Counted from the stretch's first letter, positions 45,202 through 54,291 are shown. The stretch is DNA of 64,000 bases from Casimicrobiaceae bacterium (GCA_036382945.1 DASVPH010000030.1:7387-71386), one strand, 5' to 3'. The notes: generated from the letters alone by a model not told the origin. Translations and numbers: made by a program.

Positions 45202-46590
45202 TCACTCGAACTCGATGAAGCCGACTTCGCGGAGGAACGCGCCGCGCTCCTGGCTGCCGAGGTGATCGGCGACGAGCTGGACGAATTGCTGGCGATTCGC
45301 CGCTTTCTGGGCAGCCTTGCGCGTCACGACCTTGGCGATCGGGCCCAAGTACACCGTGAGCCGCGACGTCGTCTCCTCGACGAACGCCGGGTCGAGCGGC
45401 GCCAGCGCTTCCTGGTTGCCCGAGAACGAGCGCAGCTGCGGCGGCAGCGTCCCGCGCACGCTCGTGGCCGCCGGCCGGGTGCTCGAACGCTCCGCCGCGG
45501 CGCGCTGCAACCCGTCGATGAATCTCTGGCGCACCTCGGGGTCGGTGATGCTGTCGGAGATCAGCGCGTAGAGCTCGGAGGTATCCCGCGACTTCGCCGC
45601 AGCCTTCTTCACCATCACCCGCGCCATCGGCCCGACCAGGTCGGCGAGCTCGCGCTCGATGGTGTGCAGCGTGGTGTCGTCCCAGACCGGCGGGCTTTGA
45701 GCCTGCAGCGTCACCGCGGCCAGATTGATCTCGGTGGCGTCCTGCATCTCGCGCTTTCCGGAAAGCTCGGGATCGAGCGCGAGGCGAAGCGCCCGGTTGA
45801 AGGCCTTGGCGTTCTGGAAGCGCGCCGCGCAATCCTTGGCGAGCGCGGTTTGCACCACCGCGTCGAGCGTCGGCGAGATCGAAAGCTTGGAGATCGCGGA
45901 GGGCGGGCGGGGATCCTCATAGCAGATTTTGAAGGCGATCGCCTCGATCGAGCCCGAGAACGGCTTCTCGCCGGTGAGCAGCTCGTAGAGAACCACGCCC
46001 ACGCTGAACAGGTCGGAACGCCGATCGATCTCCTTTCCCTGGCACTGCTCCGGCGACATGTACGACGGCGTCCCCATGACCATGCCGGCGTTGGTCAGGT
46101 TCGAGGTGTCGATGCGTGCGATCCCGAAGTCGGCGACCTTGAGCGCGCCGCTGCCGGTGAGGATCAGGTTGGCGGGCTTGACGTCGCGGTGCACCACCCC
46201 GCGCTCGTGCGCGAAGTCGAGCGCCAGCAGCAACTGCGAGGTGATGGCGACGATCTGGCCGATGTCGAAGGTCGCCTTGCGGTTCAGGTACTCGCGCAAC
46301 CCCGTGCCTTCGACGTACTCCATGGCGATGAAAGCGTTGCGCTCGTCCTCGCCGTATTCGTAGACGCTGACGATGTTCGGATGCAGCAGGCGTCCGGCGG
46401 CCTTCGCCTCGTTCTGGAAGCGGGCCATCACCTGCGCGGCGAGGTCCGGGTCGACCAGATCCTTGCGCACGGTCTTCACCGCCACCACGCGCTCGATGCC
46501 CGGATCGAACGCCTTGTACACGACCCCCATCGCGCCCTTGCCGAGCACGCTCTGGATCAGGTACTTGCCGATTTTTTCCGGTTCGCTCAT
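45202..46590 (-). CDS. Hanks-type Ser/Thr protein kinase, soluble, with C-terminal tandem repeat
   Basis: GKGAMGVVY, VAVK, HRDVKPAN, DFG and GTPSYMSPE, with no TM segment. Two ~55-aa repeats are centred on LVGPMARVMVKKAA and LGPIAKVVTRKAA. Confidence 0.9.
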   Translation of the reverse strand: MSEPEKIGKYLIQSVLGKGAMGVVYKAFDPGIERVVAVKTVRKDLVDPDLAAQVMARFQNEAKAAGRLLHPNIVSVYEYGEDERNAFIAMEYVEGTGLREYLNRKATFDIGQIVAITSQLLLALDFAHERGVVHRDVKPANLILTGSGALKVADFGIARIDTSNLTNAGMVMGTPSYMSPEQCQGKEIDRRSDLFSVGVVLYELLTGEKPFSGSIEAIAFKICYEDPRPPSAISKLSISPTLDAVVQTALAKDCAARFQNAKAFNRALRLALDPELSGKREMQDATEINLAAVTLQAQSPPVWDDTTLHTIERELADLVGPMARVMVKKAAAKSRDTSELYALISDSITDPEVRQRFIDGLQRAAAERSSTRPAATSVRGTLPPQLRSFSGNQEALAPLDPAFVEETTSRLTVYLGPIAKVVTRKAAQKAANRQQFVQLVADHLGSQERGAFLREVGFIEFE

Positions 46591-46612
46591 CGCAGTGTGC
46601 GCCGCTCGGCGG

Positions 46613-47485
46613 TTACGCCTCGAGCATCTTGATCGCCTGTACCAGGCTCTTGTTCATCCGCGCTAGCGCCTGGGTGAGCACGCCGATCTCGTCCTTGCTC
46701 TTCGACTTGAACTCTCCGCTCTCCAGGTGGCCGAGGCTCACGTCGTCGGCGAGCTTCGCCAGGTGCTTGACCCGCTGGACCACGATCGAGTGCAGCATGA
46801 CGTTGATCAGGATGAAGGTGACGACGAGCACGAGAGTGAGCAGCAGCATGAACACCTTGAACGTAGTGTTGGCGCGTTGGATCGGGAGCGCGCTGGGCAC
46901 GGAGACGATCTGGGCGCCGATGATCTCGTTTAACTTCCAGCCGAAGCCGTTGGCCGGCCCGTAGAGCGCGACCATGGTCTTCGGCGCCTCGGCGACCGTG
47001 TTGTGGCAGGCGAGGCACGCGCCGTCCTTGATCTGGATCGGCCGCGCCAGGTAGAGCGAGCGCCCGGCGGGCGTTTCCCGCTCGCCGGTGAGCTCACCCT
47101 TGACCGCTCCGTTGCGAAACTGGTTGACCACGTCGGCCTCCCAGTCGGTCGCGCGATCGCGCGGATTGGTCGGGTTGAGCGTGGCCTCCTTGTAGCTGTA
47201 ATCGGGGTACTTCTTGCGCAGATCGTTGAACTGCTCGGTCGCGGCGTACGCCGGCACCGACTGCGGCAGGAAGGAGTACTTGAGCTGCGTCTCGAGCAGG
47301 GGCTTGATCTGGGTGTTGGTATAGGTGCGCGAGGACAGTGCGGATTCCATCATCACCCGCGCGTTGTCGAGGATCTCCTCGCGGGCGTTGGCCCGGAGCA
47401 CGCCGTAGGAAACCAAAGCGGTGATCGCGAAGCCGATGACGAACACCGCCAGCAGCGCAATATTGAATTTCCACATCAGCTTCAT
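46613..47485 (-). CDS. DUF3365 (Tll0287-like, CxxCH) periplasmic domain - TM - HAMP protein
   Basis: 290 aa: TM1, a periplasmic domain with CLACH, TM2, then HAMP (DEIGVLTQALARMN). It ends right after HAMP. GAGAGGGGA lies upstream of the ATG. Confidence 0.8.
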   Translation of the reverse strand: MKLMWKFNIALLAVFVIGFAITALVSYGVLRANAREEILDNARVMMESALSSRTYTNTQIKPLLETQLKYSFLPQSVPAYAATEQFNDLRKKYPDYSYKEATLNPTNPRDRATDWEADVVNQFRNGAVKGELTGERETPAGRSLYLARPIQIKDGACLACHNTVAEAPKTMVALYGPANGFGWKLNEIIGAQIVSVPSALPIQRANTTFKVFMLLLTLVLVVTFILINVMLHSIVVQRVKHLAKLADDVSLGHLESGEFKSKSKDEIGVLTQALARMNKSLVQAIKMLEA

Positions 47486-47513
47486 GCGATCCCCTCTCGT
47501 GCTCGCCGCACGC

Positions 47514-48422
47514 TCATTTCTTGTTGTCGCCGCCGAACGGCCATCGGAATCTCGGTTCCACCTTCTCCGCTGCCTTGGGCGGCGGCTCGGGCGGAGGCGG
47601 CGCGACCACGGCCTGCCACTCCGGGTACGCTTGGAGCTTCGCCATGACCGGCGCGCGAAAGTCGGGATCGGAAAGCCGCGGCTGCAGCCGCTTGAGAAAC
47701 ATCCGCCGGTACGGACCGGTGAGCCATGGCTCGGCTTCGACGTAGCTGATCGGTCGGTCGGCGGCAAGCTGCGCGCGGACCACCTGATATTGCGCGGCGC
47801 GCGCGGGCAGCGCGTCCCGGAAAGGCCGCGGCATCGCGGCGACGAAGCTCTGCGGTGGGGCACCCGCCGTCGCGAACGGCCGATCGGCGGCGCGCAGCGC
47901 GAAATCGCCGCTCTTGACGTCGTGCGCGGCGCCGTCTGCTCCGCTCTTGCCCGGCTCCAGCATCTTCGCGTTTCCCGCTTCGACGAAAGCCTCGAGCGCA
48001 TCGCTCGACGCGTGCACCACCGCCACGGCATCGGCCGCGCTGAGCGCTCCGGCTGCGGTGCGCACCCGCAGCGCCGCGCCGGGCGGTTTGGCGGAGAGCT
48101 TCACCCAACCGGAAGGCAGGTACATTTCCGCGGGCGCCGCCCTGGCGCCTTCGCGGGTACCGGACGCAACCGCGAGAAGCGACGTCGGCCCGACGAAATT
48201 CACGATCGGCCCCGTGGCGAGCTCGACCTGAACCTGCGCGCGATCCGGCGCGTCGATCAGATCGCCGTCCTGCACGCGCGCCCCTTCGACGAGCTTGTAC
48301 CAGGTCGCGCCGCGCAGGATGCGCGCGTTGCCGTCGAGGATCGTGACCACCCCGACCTCGGCGCCGTAACACAGGGCGGACGCGAGAAGGAAAAAACACC
48401 CGGCCAGCCAAGTCGTCTTCAT
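47514..48422 (-). CDS. FecR-like secreted protein
   Basis: Signal peptide MKTTWLAGCFFLLASALCYGA. GNARILRGATWYKLVEGARVQDGDLI is a FecR-domain-like beta segment, and the tail is Pro-rich. Confidence 0.55.
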   Translation of the reverse strand: MKTTWLAGCFFLLASALCYGAEVGVVTILDGNARILRGATWYKLVEGARVQDGDLIDAPDRAQVQVELATGPIVNFVGPTSLLAVASGTREGARAAPAEMYLPSGWVKLSAKPPGAALRVRTAAGALSAADAVAVVHASSDALEAFVEAGNAKMLEPGKSGADGAAHDVKSGDFALRAADRPFATAGAPPQSFVAAMPRPFRDALPARAAQYQVVRAQLAADRPISYVEAEPWLTGPYRRMFLKRLQPRLSDPDFRAPVMAKLQAYPEWQAVVAPPPPEPPPKAAEKVEPRFRWPFGGDNKK

Positions 48423-48572
48423 CGCGGGACACCGCCTGATCGCCATCCAGAACGGCGGCGCGCGTTGGATACTAGGACGCGCGCTCGAAGACTGTCAACG
48501 TGATTATTCTCGGGCGGCGGGGCGAGCTGCGCCGGGCTTGGCCCGCGTGCCTTATACTTGTCCGCCGGGCCC

Positions 48573-49460
48573 ATGGAAAAAGCGCCGCGCAACCTCGCCG
48601 TGCTGTTCGCCGACATCAGCGGCAGCGCCAAGCTCTACGAAACGCTGGGCGACGCCGAGGCGCTCGCCACCGTCGAGCGCTGCCTCGCGATCATCGAGCA
48701 GGCGTGCGTCGACAGCGGCGGCCGGATCGTCAAGACGATCGGCGACGAAGTGATGGCGGTCTTTCACGCGGCCGACGGCGCGGCGCGCGCCGCGACCGAC
48801 ATGCAGGCGCGGATCTCCTCGCAGCGGACCGCGCGCGGCGCGCCGCTCGCGATCCACGTCGGCTTCAACTTCGGCCCGGTGCTCGAGGAAGGCAACGATG
48901 TGTTCGGCGACGCGGTCACCATCGCGGCGCGGCTGGCGAACCTCGCCCGCGGCGGCCAGGTGTTCACTTCCGCGCCGACGGTCGCCGAGCTGGCGCCGGG
49001 GCTGCGCGCCCGGACTCGCAGCCAGCAGGCGCACACCGTCAAGGGCAAGCAGAAGGACATCGATCTGTTCGAGCTGGTATGGCAGGAGACCGAGGACGAG
49101 CTGACGGCGCTCTCCACCCACGTCAAGCTCCGCCCCGCGCACCTCACGCTGACGCACGGCGAGCGCCGGATCGAGCTCTCCGAGGCAATGCCGGCGCTCT
49201 CCATCGGCCGCGATCTGCAGAACGACGTCGTAATCGCCGACCGCAAGGCTTCGCGCATGCACGCCCGCATCGAGCGGCGGCGCGACAAGTTCGTGCTGAT
49301 CGACCACAGCTCCAACGGGACCTACGTCACCGTGCAGGGCGAGGCCGAGATCCTCCTGCGCCGCGAGGAGTTGATCCTGCGCAACCGCGGCCAGATGAGC
49401 TTCGGCCACGCCTATCGGGACGATACGGCGGAGTTTCTCGGGTTCTCCTGCCTCGATTGA
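48573..49460 (+). CDS. class III adenylate/guanylate cyclase domain fused to FHA domain
   Basis: LFADISGS, KTIGDEVMAVF and FGDAVTIAARL (cyclase), then SIGRD..NDVVI.D...SR.HA.I......F.L.D..S.NGT (FHA). Confidence 0.85.
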   Translation: MEKAPRNLAVLFADISGSAKLYETLGDAEALATVERCLAIIEQACVDSGGRIVKTIGDEVMAVFHAADGAARAATDMQARISSQRTARGAPLAIHVGFNFGPVLEEGNDVFGDAVTIAARLANLARGGQVFTSAPTVAELAPGLRARTRSQQAHTVKGKQKDIDLFELVWQETEDELTALSTHVKLRPAHLTLTHGERRIELSEAMPALSIGRDLQNDVVIADRKASRMHARIERRRDKFVLIDHSSNGTYVTVQGEAEILLRREELILRNRGQMSFGHAYRDDTAEFLGFSCLD

Positions 49461-49511
49461 GGCGAAGCCAAGCCTTCGGCCCGGGATGGACCGCCTTCCT
49501 ATATAGATCGA

Positions 49512-49910
49512 TCAACCGCTGCCCGAGCCGCTGTTGCGTAGCGTTCTTGCCAGCGCCAGCACCGGCTCCGGCGCGTCGCGCAACGCCTCGCTCCGCAGCG
49601 CTATCTCGTCGATGAGCCGGGCGACCGTACCTTCCTGCGGCAGCGCGATGCCGTAATGCAGAAGCGAGCCGCCGCGATAGATCGCGATGGTCGGGAAATT
49701 CTCGACGTCGATGTCACCGCACACCGCAGCGTCGTCCTCGATGTCGAGCCAGAGGCAAAGCGCTTCGGGACGCATGCCGGCGATGCGCTCGAACGCCGCC
49801 CTGAACTCGGTGCAGGTATCGCACCAGGCGGCGCACAACACGACCGCCACCAGCCGATCCTCGGTCCAGCGCGACGCGATGGCGCTCCGATCCGCGGCAG
49901 TGGCGATCAT
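49512..49910 (-). CDS. thioredoxin-like protein (WCDTC)
   Basis: 132 aa. VVLCAAWCDTC plus FPT...Y fit a Trx fold. It starts 9 nt after the metH stop on the same strand. Confidence 0.7.
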   Translation of the reverse strand: MIATAADRSAIASRWTEDRLVAVVLCAAWCDTCTEFRAAFERIAGMRPEALCLWLDIEDDAAVCGDIDVENFPTIAIYRGGSLLHYGIALPQEGTVARLIDEIALRSEALRDAPEPVLALARTLRNSGSGSG

Positions 49911-49919
49911 GCGATCATG

Positions 49920-52589
49920 CTACGCGAGACTCGGCGAGAGCGCCCGGCGCAGCGCGTCGCTCGCCTCACCCGAGCGGCGCGCGAGGTCGGCGAGCTGGTC
50001 CTCGCCGATCTTGCCCACCGCGAAGTAGACCGCTTCCGGGTGCGCGAGGTAGAAACCCGCTACCGACGCGGCGGGGAGCATCGCGTAGCTCTCGGTGAGC
50101 TGCATCCCGATTTTGCGCGCCTGCAAGAGCTCGAACAGCGCCGCCTTGGCGGTGTGGTCGGGACAGGCGGGATAGCCCGGTGCGGGGCGGATGCCGCGGT
50201 ATTCCTCGCGGATCAGCGCCGCGTTGTCCAGCGCCTCCTCCGGCGCGTAGCCCCAGTATTCGCGCCGCACGCGCATGTGCAGCCATTCGGCGAAGGCCTC
50301 CGCCAGGCGATCGGCCAGCGCCTTCAACATGATCGCGCCGTAATCGTCCTTCCTCGCTTCGAGCTCGGCGAGCTTCTTCTCGATGCCGAGCCCCGCGGTA
50401 ACGGCGAACGCCCCCGCGAAGTCCGCCACACCCGACGCTTTGGGCGCGACGAAGTCGGCCAGACAATAATTGGGTTTGCCCGGCGGCCGCAAGTTCTGCT
50501 GGCGCAAGTTGCGCCAGGTTAGCGCGACTGTGGCGCGCGAAGCGTCGGCGTAGAGCTCGATGTCGTCGCCCGCCGAGTTCGCGGGCAGGAGCGCTATCGC
50601 CCCGTTGGCGGTGAGCCAGCGTCCCTGGACGATTTGCTCGAGCATCGCCCGACCGTCGGCGTACACGTTGCGTGCAGCCTCGCCCACGACCGGGTCGTCG
50701 AGGATCGCGGGAAACGGCCCGGAGAGCTCCCAAGTCTGGAACAACGGCGCCCAGTCGATGTAGCGGGCGAGCTCCGCGAGATCCGCGTTGCGGATTTCCC
50801 GCCGGCCCACGAGCGCCGGCCGCGGCGGCGCGTAGCCGCGCCAATCGGCCTTGAAGGCGTTGGCGCGCGCCGTCTCCAGAGAGATCAGCTCGGGTCCCTT
50901 CTTGGCGGCATGCTGGGCGCGGACCCTGTCGTAGTCCGCGGCGACCTCGCGCGCATAGGCGTCGCGCCGCTCGGGGGAGATGAGGCTCGCCGCCACACCC
51001 ACCGCGCGCGAGGCGTCCGGCACGTACACGGTAACGCCGGCGTAGTTGGGCGCGATCTTCACCGCGGTGTGCACGCGCGAGGTCGTCGCCCCGCCGATCA
51101 AGAGCGGCTGCCGCATCTCAAGCCGCTGCATTTCGTGCGCGACATGTGCCATCTCCTCGAGCGACGGGGTGATGAGTCCCGAGAGCCCGACGATATCGGC
51201 GTTTCTCTCGCGCGCGGTGTCGAGGATCTTCTGCGCGGGCGCCATGACGCCCAGATCGATTACCTCGAAGTTGTTGCACTGGAGCACCACCCCGACGATC
51301 TTCTTGCCGATGTCGTGCACGTCGCCCTTCACCGTTGCCATCACAATCGTGCCTTTCGGCTTGCCGCCCTCACCGGAAGCCGCCTTCTCCGCCTCGATGA
51401 ACGGCACCAGGTGCGCCACCGCCTGCTTCATCACCCGCGCGCTCTTCACCACCTGCGGCAGGAACATCTTGCCCGCACCGAACAGATCGCCCACCACGTT
51501 CATGCCCGCCATCAGCGGCCCCTCGATGACCTGGATCGGCCGCGGATACTTGCGCCGCGCCTCCTCGGTGTCGTCGATGATGTAGGTGGTGATGCCCTTG
51601 ACCAGCGCGTGCGTGAGGCGCTCCTCGACGCTGCCCGCGCGCCATGCGAGATCCTCTTCCGCCTTGCGGCCCTTCGCCTTGTAGGTTTCGGCGAACGCGA
51701 CCAGGCGGTCGGTGGCATCGGGACGGCGGTTCAAGACCGCGTCCTCGACCCGCTCGCGCAACTCCGGATCGAGGTCGTCGTAGACGCCGAGCTGACCGGC
51801 GTTGACGATGCCCATGGTGAGCCCGGCGCGGATCGCGTGATAGAGGAACACGGTATGGATCGCCTCGCGCACCGGATCGTTGCCGCGGAAACTGAAGCTC
51901 ACGTTGGAGATGCCGCCGGAGACCTTGGCGTGCGGCAAATGCTGCTTGATCCACGCGGTGGCACGTATGAAATCGACCGCGTAGTTGGCGTGCTCCTCGA
52001 TGCCGGTGGCGATCGCGAACACGTTCGGGTCGATGATGATGTCCTCGGCCGGGAAGCGGACCTTGTCGACCAACAGATCGTAGGCGCGGCGGGCGATCGC
52101 GATCCGGCGCTCGTAGGTGTCGGCCTGTCCGTGCTCGTCGAAACACATGACGATTGCCGCCGCGCCATAGCGCCGAACGAGCCGCGCCTGGCGCAGGAAC
52201 TCCGCCTCACCCTCTTTCAGCGAGATCGAGTTGACGACCGGCTTCCCCTGCACGCATTTCAAGCCGGCTTCGATCACCTCCCATTTCGAGGAGTCGATCA
52301 TGACCGGCACGCGGGCGATGTCGGGCTCGGCGGCGATCAGGTGCAGGAATTTCACCATCGCCGCCTTGGAATCGAGCATCGCCTCGTCCATGTTGACGTC
52401 GATCATCTGCGCGCCGTTGCCGACCTGCTGCCGCGCGACCTCGACCGCGCCCGTGAAATCGCCGGCGAGGACCAGCTTGGCGAAGGCGCGCGAGCCGGTG
52501 ACGTTGGTGCGCTCGCCCACGTTGACGAACAGCGAGTCCTCCGCGATGGTGAGCGGCTCGAGGCCGGCTAGGCGGAGCGGCTGCGGCAT
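49920..52589 (-). CDS. metH: methionine synthase, pterin-binding + B12-binding + activation domains (split MetH, large subunit)
   Basis: It begins [12 protein letters not shown]...[13 protein letters not shown], equivalent to E. coli MetH from about residue 350. It has the B12 motif DVHDIGK and an AdoMet activation domain. Confidence 0.92.
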   Translation of the reverse strand: MPQPLRLAGLEPLTIAEDSLFVNVGERTNVTGSRAFAKLVLAGDFTGAVEVARQQVGNGAQMIDVNMDEAMLDSKAAMVKFLHLIAAEPDIARVPVMIDSSKWEVIEAGLKCVQGKPVVNSISLKEGEAEFLRQARLVRRYGAAAIVMCFDEHGQADTYERRIAIARRAYDLLVDKVRFPAEDIIIDPNVFAIATGIEEHANYAVDFIRATAWIKQHLPHAKVSGGISNVSFSFRGNDPVREAIHTVFLYHAIRAGLTMGIVNAGQLGVYDDLDPELRERVEDAVLNRRPDATDRLVAFAETYKAKGRKAEEDLAWRAGSVEERLTHALVKGITTYIIDDTEEARRKYPRPIQVIEGPLMAGMNVVGDLFGAGKMFLPQVVKSARVMKQAVAHLVPFIEAEKAASGEGGKPKGTIVMATVKGDVHDIGKKIVGVVLQCNNFEVIDLGVMAPAQKILDTARERNADIVGLSGLITPSLEEMAHVAHEMQRLEMRQPLLIGGATTSRVHTAVKIAPNYAGVTVYVPDASRAVGVAASLISPERRDAYAREVAADYDRVRAQHAAKKGPELISLETARANAFKADWRGYAPPRPALVGRREIRNADLAELARYIDWAPLFQTWELSGPFPAILDDPVVGEAARNVYADGRAMLEQIVQGRWLTANGAIALLPANSAGDDIELYADASRATVALTWRNLRQQNLRPPGKPNYCLADFVAPKASGVADFAGAFAVTAGLGIEKKLAELEARKDDYGAIMLKALADRLAEAFAEWLHMRVRREYWGYAPEEALDNAALIREEYRGIRPAPGYPACPDHTAKAALFELLQARKIGMQLTESYAMLPAASVAGFYLAHPEAVYFAVGKIGEDQLADLARRSGEASDALRRALSPSLA

Positions 52590-52606
52590 GGGTCGGATCG
52601 TTTCAC

Positions 52607-52683
52607 AAAGAGACACACAGACACTGAGAGGACCTCAGGCATTTCCCAGAAAAGCTCCTCTCTGTGTCTCTGTGCCTCTCTTT
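52607..52683 (-). promoter_or_regulatory. long AG/CT-rich intercistronic hairpin
   Basis: Arms 52607-52632 and 52656-52683 pair over about 26 bp (2 mismatches, 2-nt bulge) with a 23-nt loop. It spans from the metH-N stop codon to 17 nt before the metH-C ATG. Confidence 0.6.
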
Positions 52684-53720
52684 CAAACAACAGTCGGCAG
52701 CCGCCTCGGCGCAACGTTCTTCACCGCTTCGGCGATCGCCCGAATGTGCTCCGGTGTGGTGCCGCAGCAGCCGCCGACGATGTTGACGAAGCCGTTCTGG
52801 GCGAAGTCGCGGATCAACCGCGCGGTGGTCTCCGGCGCCTCGTCGTAGCCGGTCTCGCTCATCGGGTTGGGCAGCCCCGCGTTGGGGTAGCACGACACGA
52901 ACGTGTCGGCCACCCGCGCCATCTCCTCGATGTAGGGCCGCATCAGCGCCGCGCCGAGCGCGCAGTTGAGTCCCACCGCGAGCGGGCGCGCGTGCCGCAC
53001 CGAATTCCAGAACGCCTCGGTGGTCTGGCCCGAGAGCGTGCGGCCGGAGGCGTCGGTGATCGTCCCCGACACGATGAGCGGAAGCCGAACGCCGTGCTCG
53101 TCGAAGTAGGTGTCGATCGCGAACAGCGCCGCTTTGGCGTTGAGCGTGTCGAACACCGTCTCGACCAGCAGCAGATCGACGCCGCCCTCGATCAGCGCGC
53201 CCGCCGCTTCGCCGTAGGCGGCGACGAGCTCATCAAAGCTCACGTTACGAAAGCCCGGGTCGTTCACGTCGGGCGAGATCGTCGCGGTGCGGTTGGTCGG
53301 GCCCAGCGCGCCGGCGACGAAGCGCGGCTTGTCGGGCGTGGCCGCGGTCCACGCGTCGGCGCGCTCGCGGGCGAGCTTCGCTGCGGCGAGATTGATCTGG
53401 CGCACGCGCTCTTCCAGCCGGTAGTCGGCCTGCGCGATCCGCGTCGCGTTGAAGGTATTGGTCTCGATGATGTCGGCGCCCGCGGCGAGAAACTGGTCGT
53501 GGATCGCGCGGATCACGTCCGGCTGGGTGAGGACGAGCAGATCGTTGTCTCCCTTGAGCTCGCCGGGGTGCGCGTGCAGCCCGCACGCCGCGGGGCCGCG
53601 AAACTGCGCCTCGCTCAGCTTGCGTGCCTGGATCATCGTGCCCATGGCGCCGTCGAGGATCAGGATGCGCTCGCGCAGGAGCTTCATGAGCAAGGCCGTC
53701 TTGTCGCTCTTCGCCGTCAT
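52683..53720 (-). CDS. metH: homocysteine S-methyltransferase domain protein (split MetH, small subunit)
   Basis: [20 protein letters not shown] and [11 protein letters not shown] correspond to MetH residues 1 to about 350. ATG 53720 is preferred over TTG 53732. Confidence 0.9.
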   Translation of the reverse strand: MTAKSDKTALLMKLLRERILILDGAMGTMIQARKLSEAQFRGPAACGLHAHPGELKGDNDLLVLTQPDVIRAIHDQFLAAGADIIETNTFNATRIAQADYRLEERVRQINLAAAKLARERADAWTAATPDKPRFVAGALGPTNRTATISPDVNDPGFRNVSFDELVAAYGEAAGALIEGGVDLLLVETVFDTLNAKAALFAIDTYFDEHGVRLPLIVSGTITDASGRTLSGQTTEAFWNSVRHARPLAVGLNCALGAALMRPYIEEMARVADTFVSCYPNAGLPNPMSETGYDEAPETTARLIRDFAQNGFVNIVGGCCGTTPEHIRAIAEAVKNVAPRRLPTVV

Positions 53721-53730
53721 GATGAGACCC

Positions 53731-53770
53731 AAAATAAAAAAACCCGTTCAGCTCGCCGCCGAGCGGGTTT
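53731..53770 (-). terminator. intrinsic terminator inside the metH leader
   Basis: The minus-strand RNA is AACCCG-CUCGGCGGCGAG-CUGAA-CGGGUU followed by UUUUUAUUUU. It ends about 11 nt before the metH ATG. Confidence 0.55.
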
Positions 53771-53863
53771 CGGTCGAAAGCCGCTTTAGCAGGATTTGTA
53801 GAGCGCCCGCAAGCTGTCGGACAAGGCACGCACCCAGGCCCGGGTCAAATCGGCGCTGCTGGA

Positions 53864-53892
53864 AAGGTAAGGGCTGCGGGGCAGGTTGTCAA
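53864..53892 (-). promoter_or_regulatory. sigma70-like promoter for metH
   Basis: TTGACA (53892-53887), a 17-nt spacer, then TACCTT (53869-53864) on the minus strand. Confidence 0.4.
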
Positions 53893-54038
53893 CCACGATA
53901 CCGCCACCACGATACCGCCGCCGGGTGGCGCTTGCCGTGTAACCGGATGAAGCGTTCAATCGAGTCGACGTACGCCTGCTCGGCGCGGATGCTGTAGTGC
54001 TTGAGGATCCTGTCCCGCATGCGGGCGAGTGGGCGCGG
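53889..54038 (-). pseudogene. intI: integron-type tyrosine recombinase, N-terminal stub
   Basis: RPLARMRDRILKHYSIRAEQAYVDSIERFIRLHGKRHP parallels IntI1 [34 protein letters not shown]. The frame then runs into SWWRYRG* with no catalytic domain. Confidence 0.55.
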
Positions 54039-54140
54039 GGAATCGGGGCGTCCATGGGCCGATCGTGGCGTAGTGGCTCGCGCGGTGTCTTTAGGCACCA
54101 CCATTGGCAGCGACCAGGTTGATTCGGGGCGCATTTTGCC

Positions 54141-54240
54141 GCTCGAACCAAGCCTTTCGGGTGAGTGACGGTTTATTTCCCGTCGTTGATAGCGGCGCTG
54201 GCGCGGCGTCCGCTCGGCGCCGGTTATTGGTTCGTTAGCC
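54141..54240 (+). other. attI/attC-like site (non-canonical)
   Basis: The right half GCGGCGCTGGCGCGGCGTCCGCTCGGCGCCGGTTA..TTGGTTCGTTAGCC is near-identical to the 54892-54941 segment. CGAACCAA (54144-54151) pairs with TTGGTTCG (54227-54234), and it ends in GTTAGCC. Confidence 0.3.
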
Positions 54241-54291
54241 GTGGTCTGGCGCTCGGAGTAACATCTGTCCAACGATTCGAGAGGCAACCGC

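Noticed and set aside
44824-46632. 602-aa plus-strand ORF.
   Set aside because: It runs through the GCGAG repeat region and then antisense to the soluble kinase. It has no domain signal.
50634-52571. 645-aa plus-strand ORF.
   Set aside because: It is antisense to metH.
53721-53892. Calling the metH leader a canonical SAH riboswitch feature.
   Set aside because: Only the GGCGCUC block and a P1-like helix can be matched by eye, and the pseudoknot-forming conserved blocks are not found. It is kept as a hypothesis in the findings rather than as an ncRNA feature.
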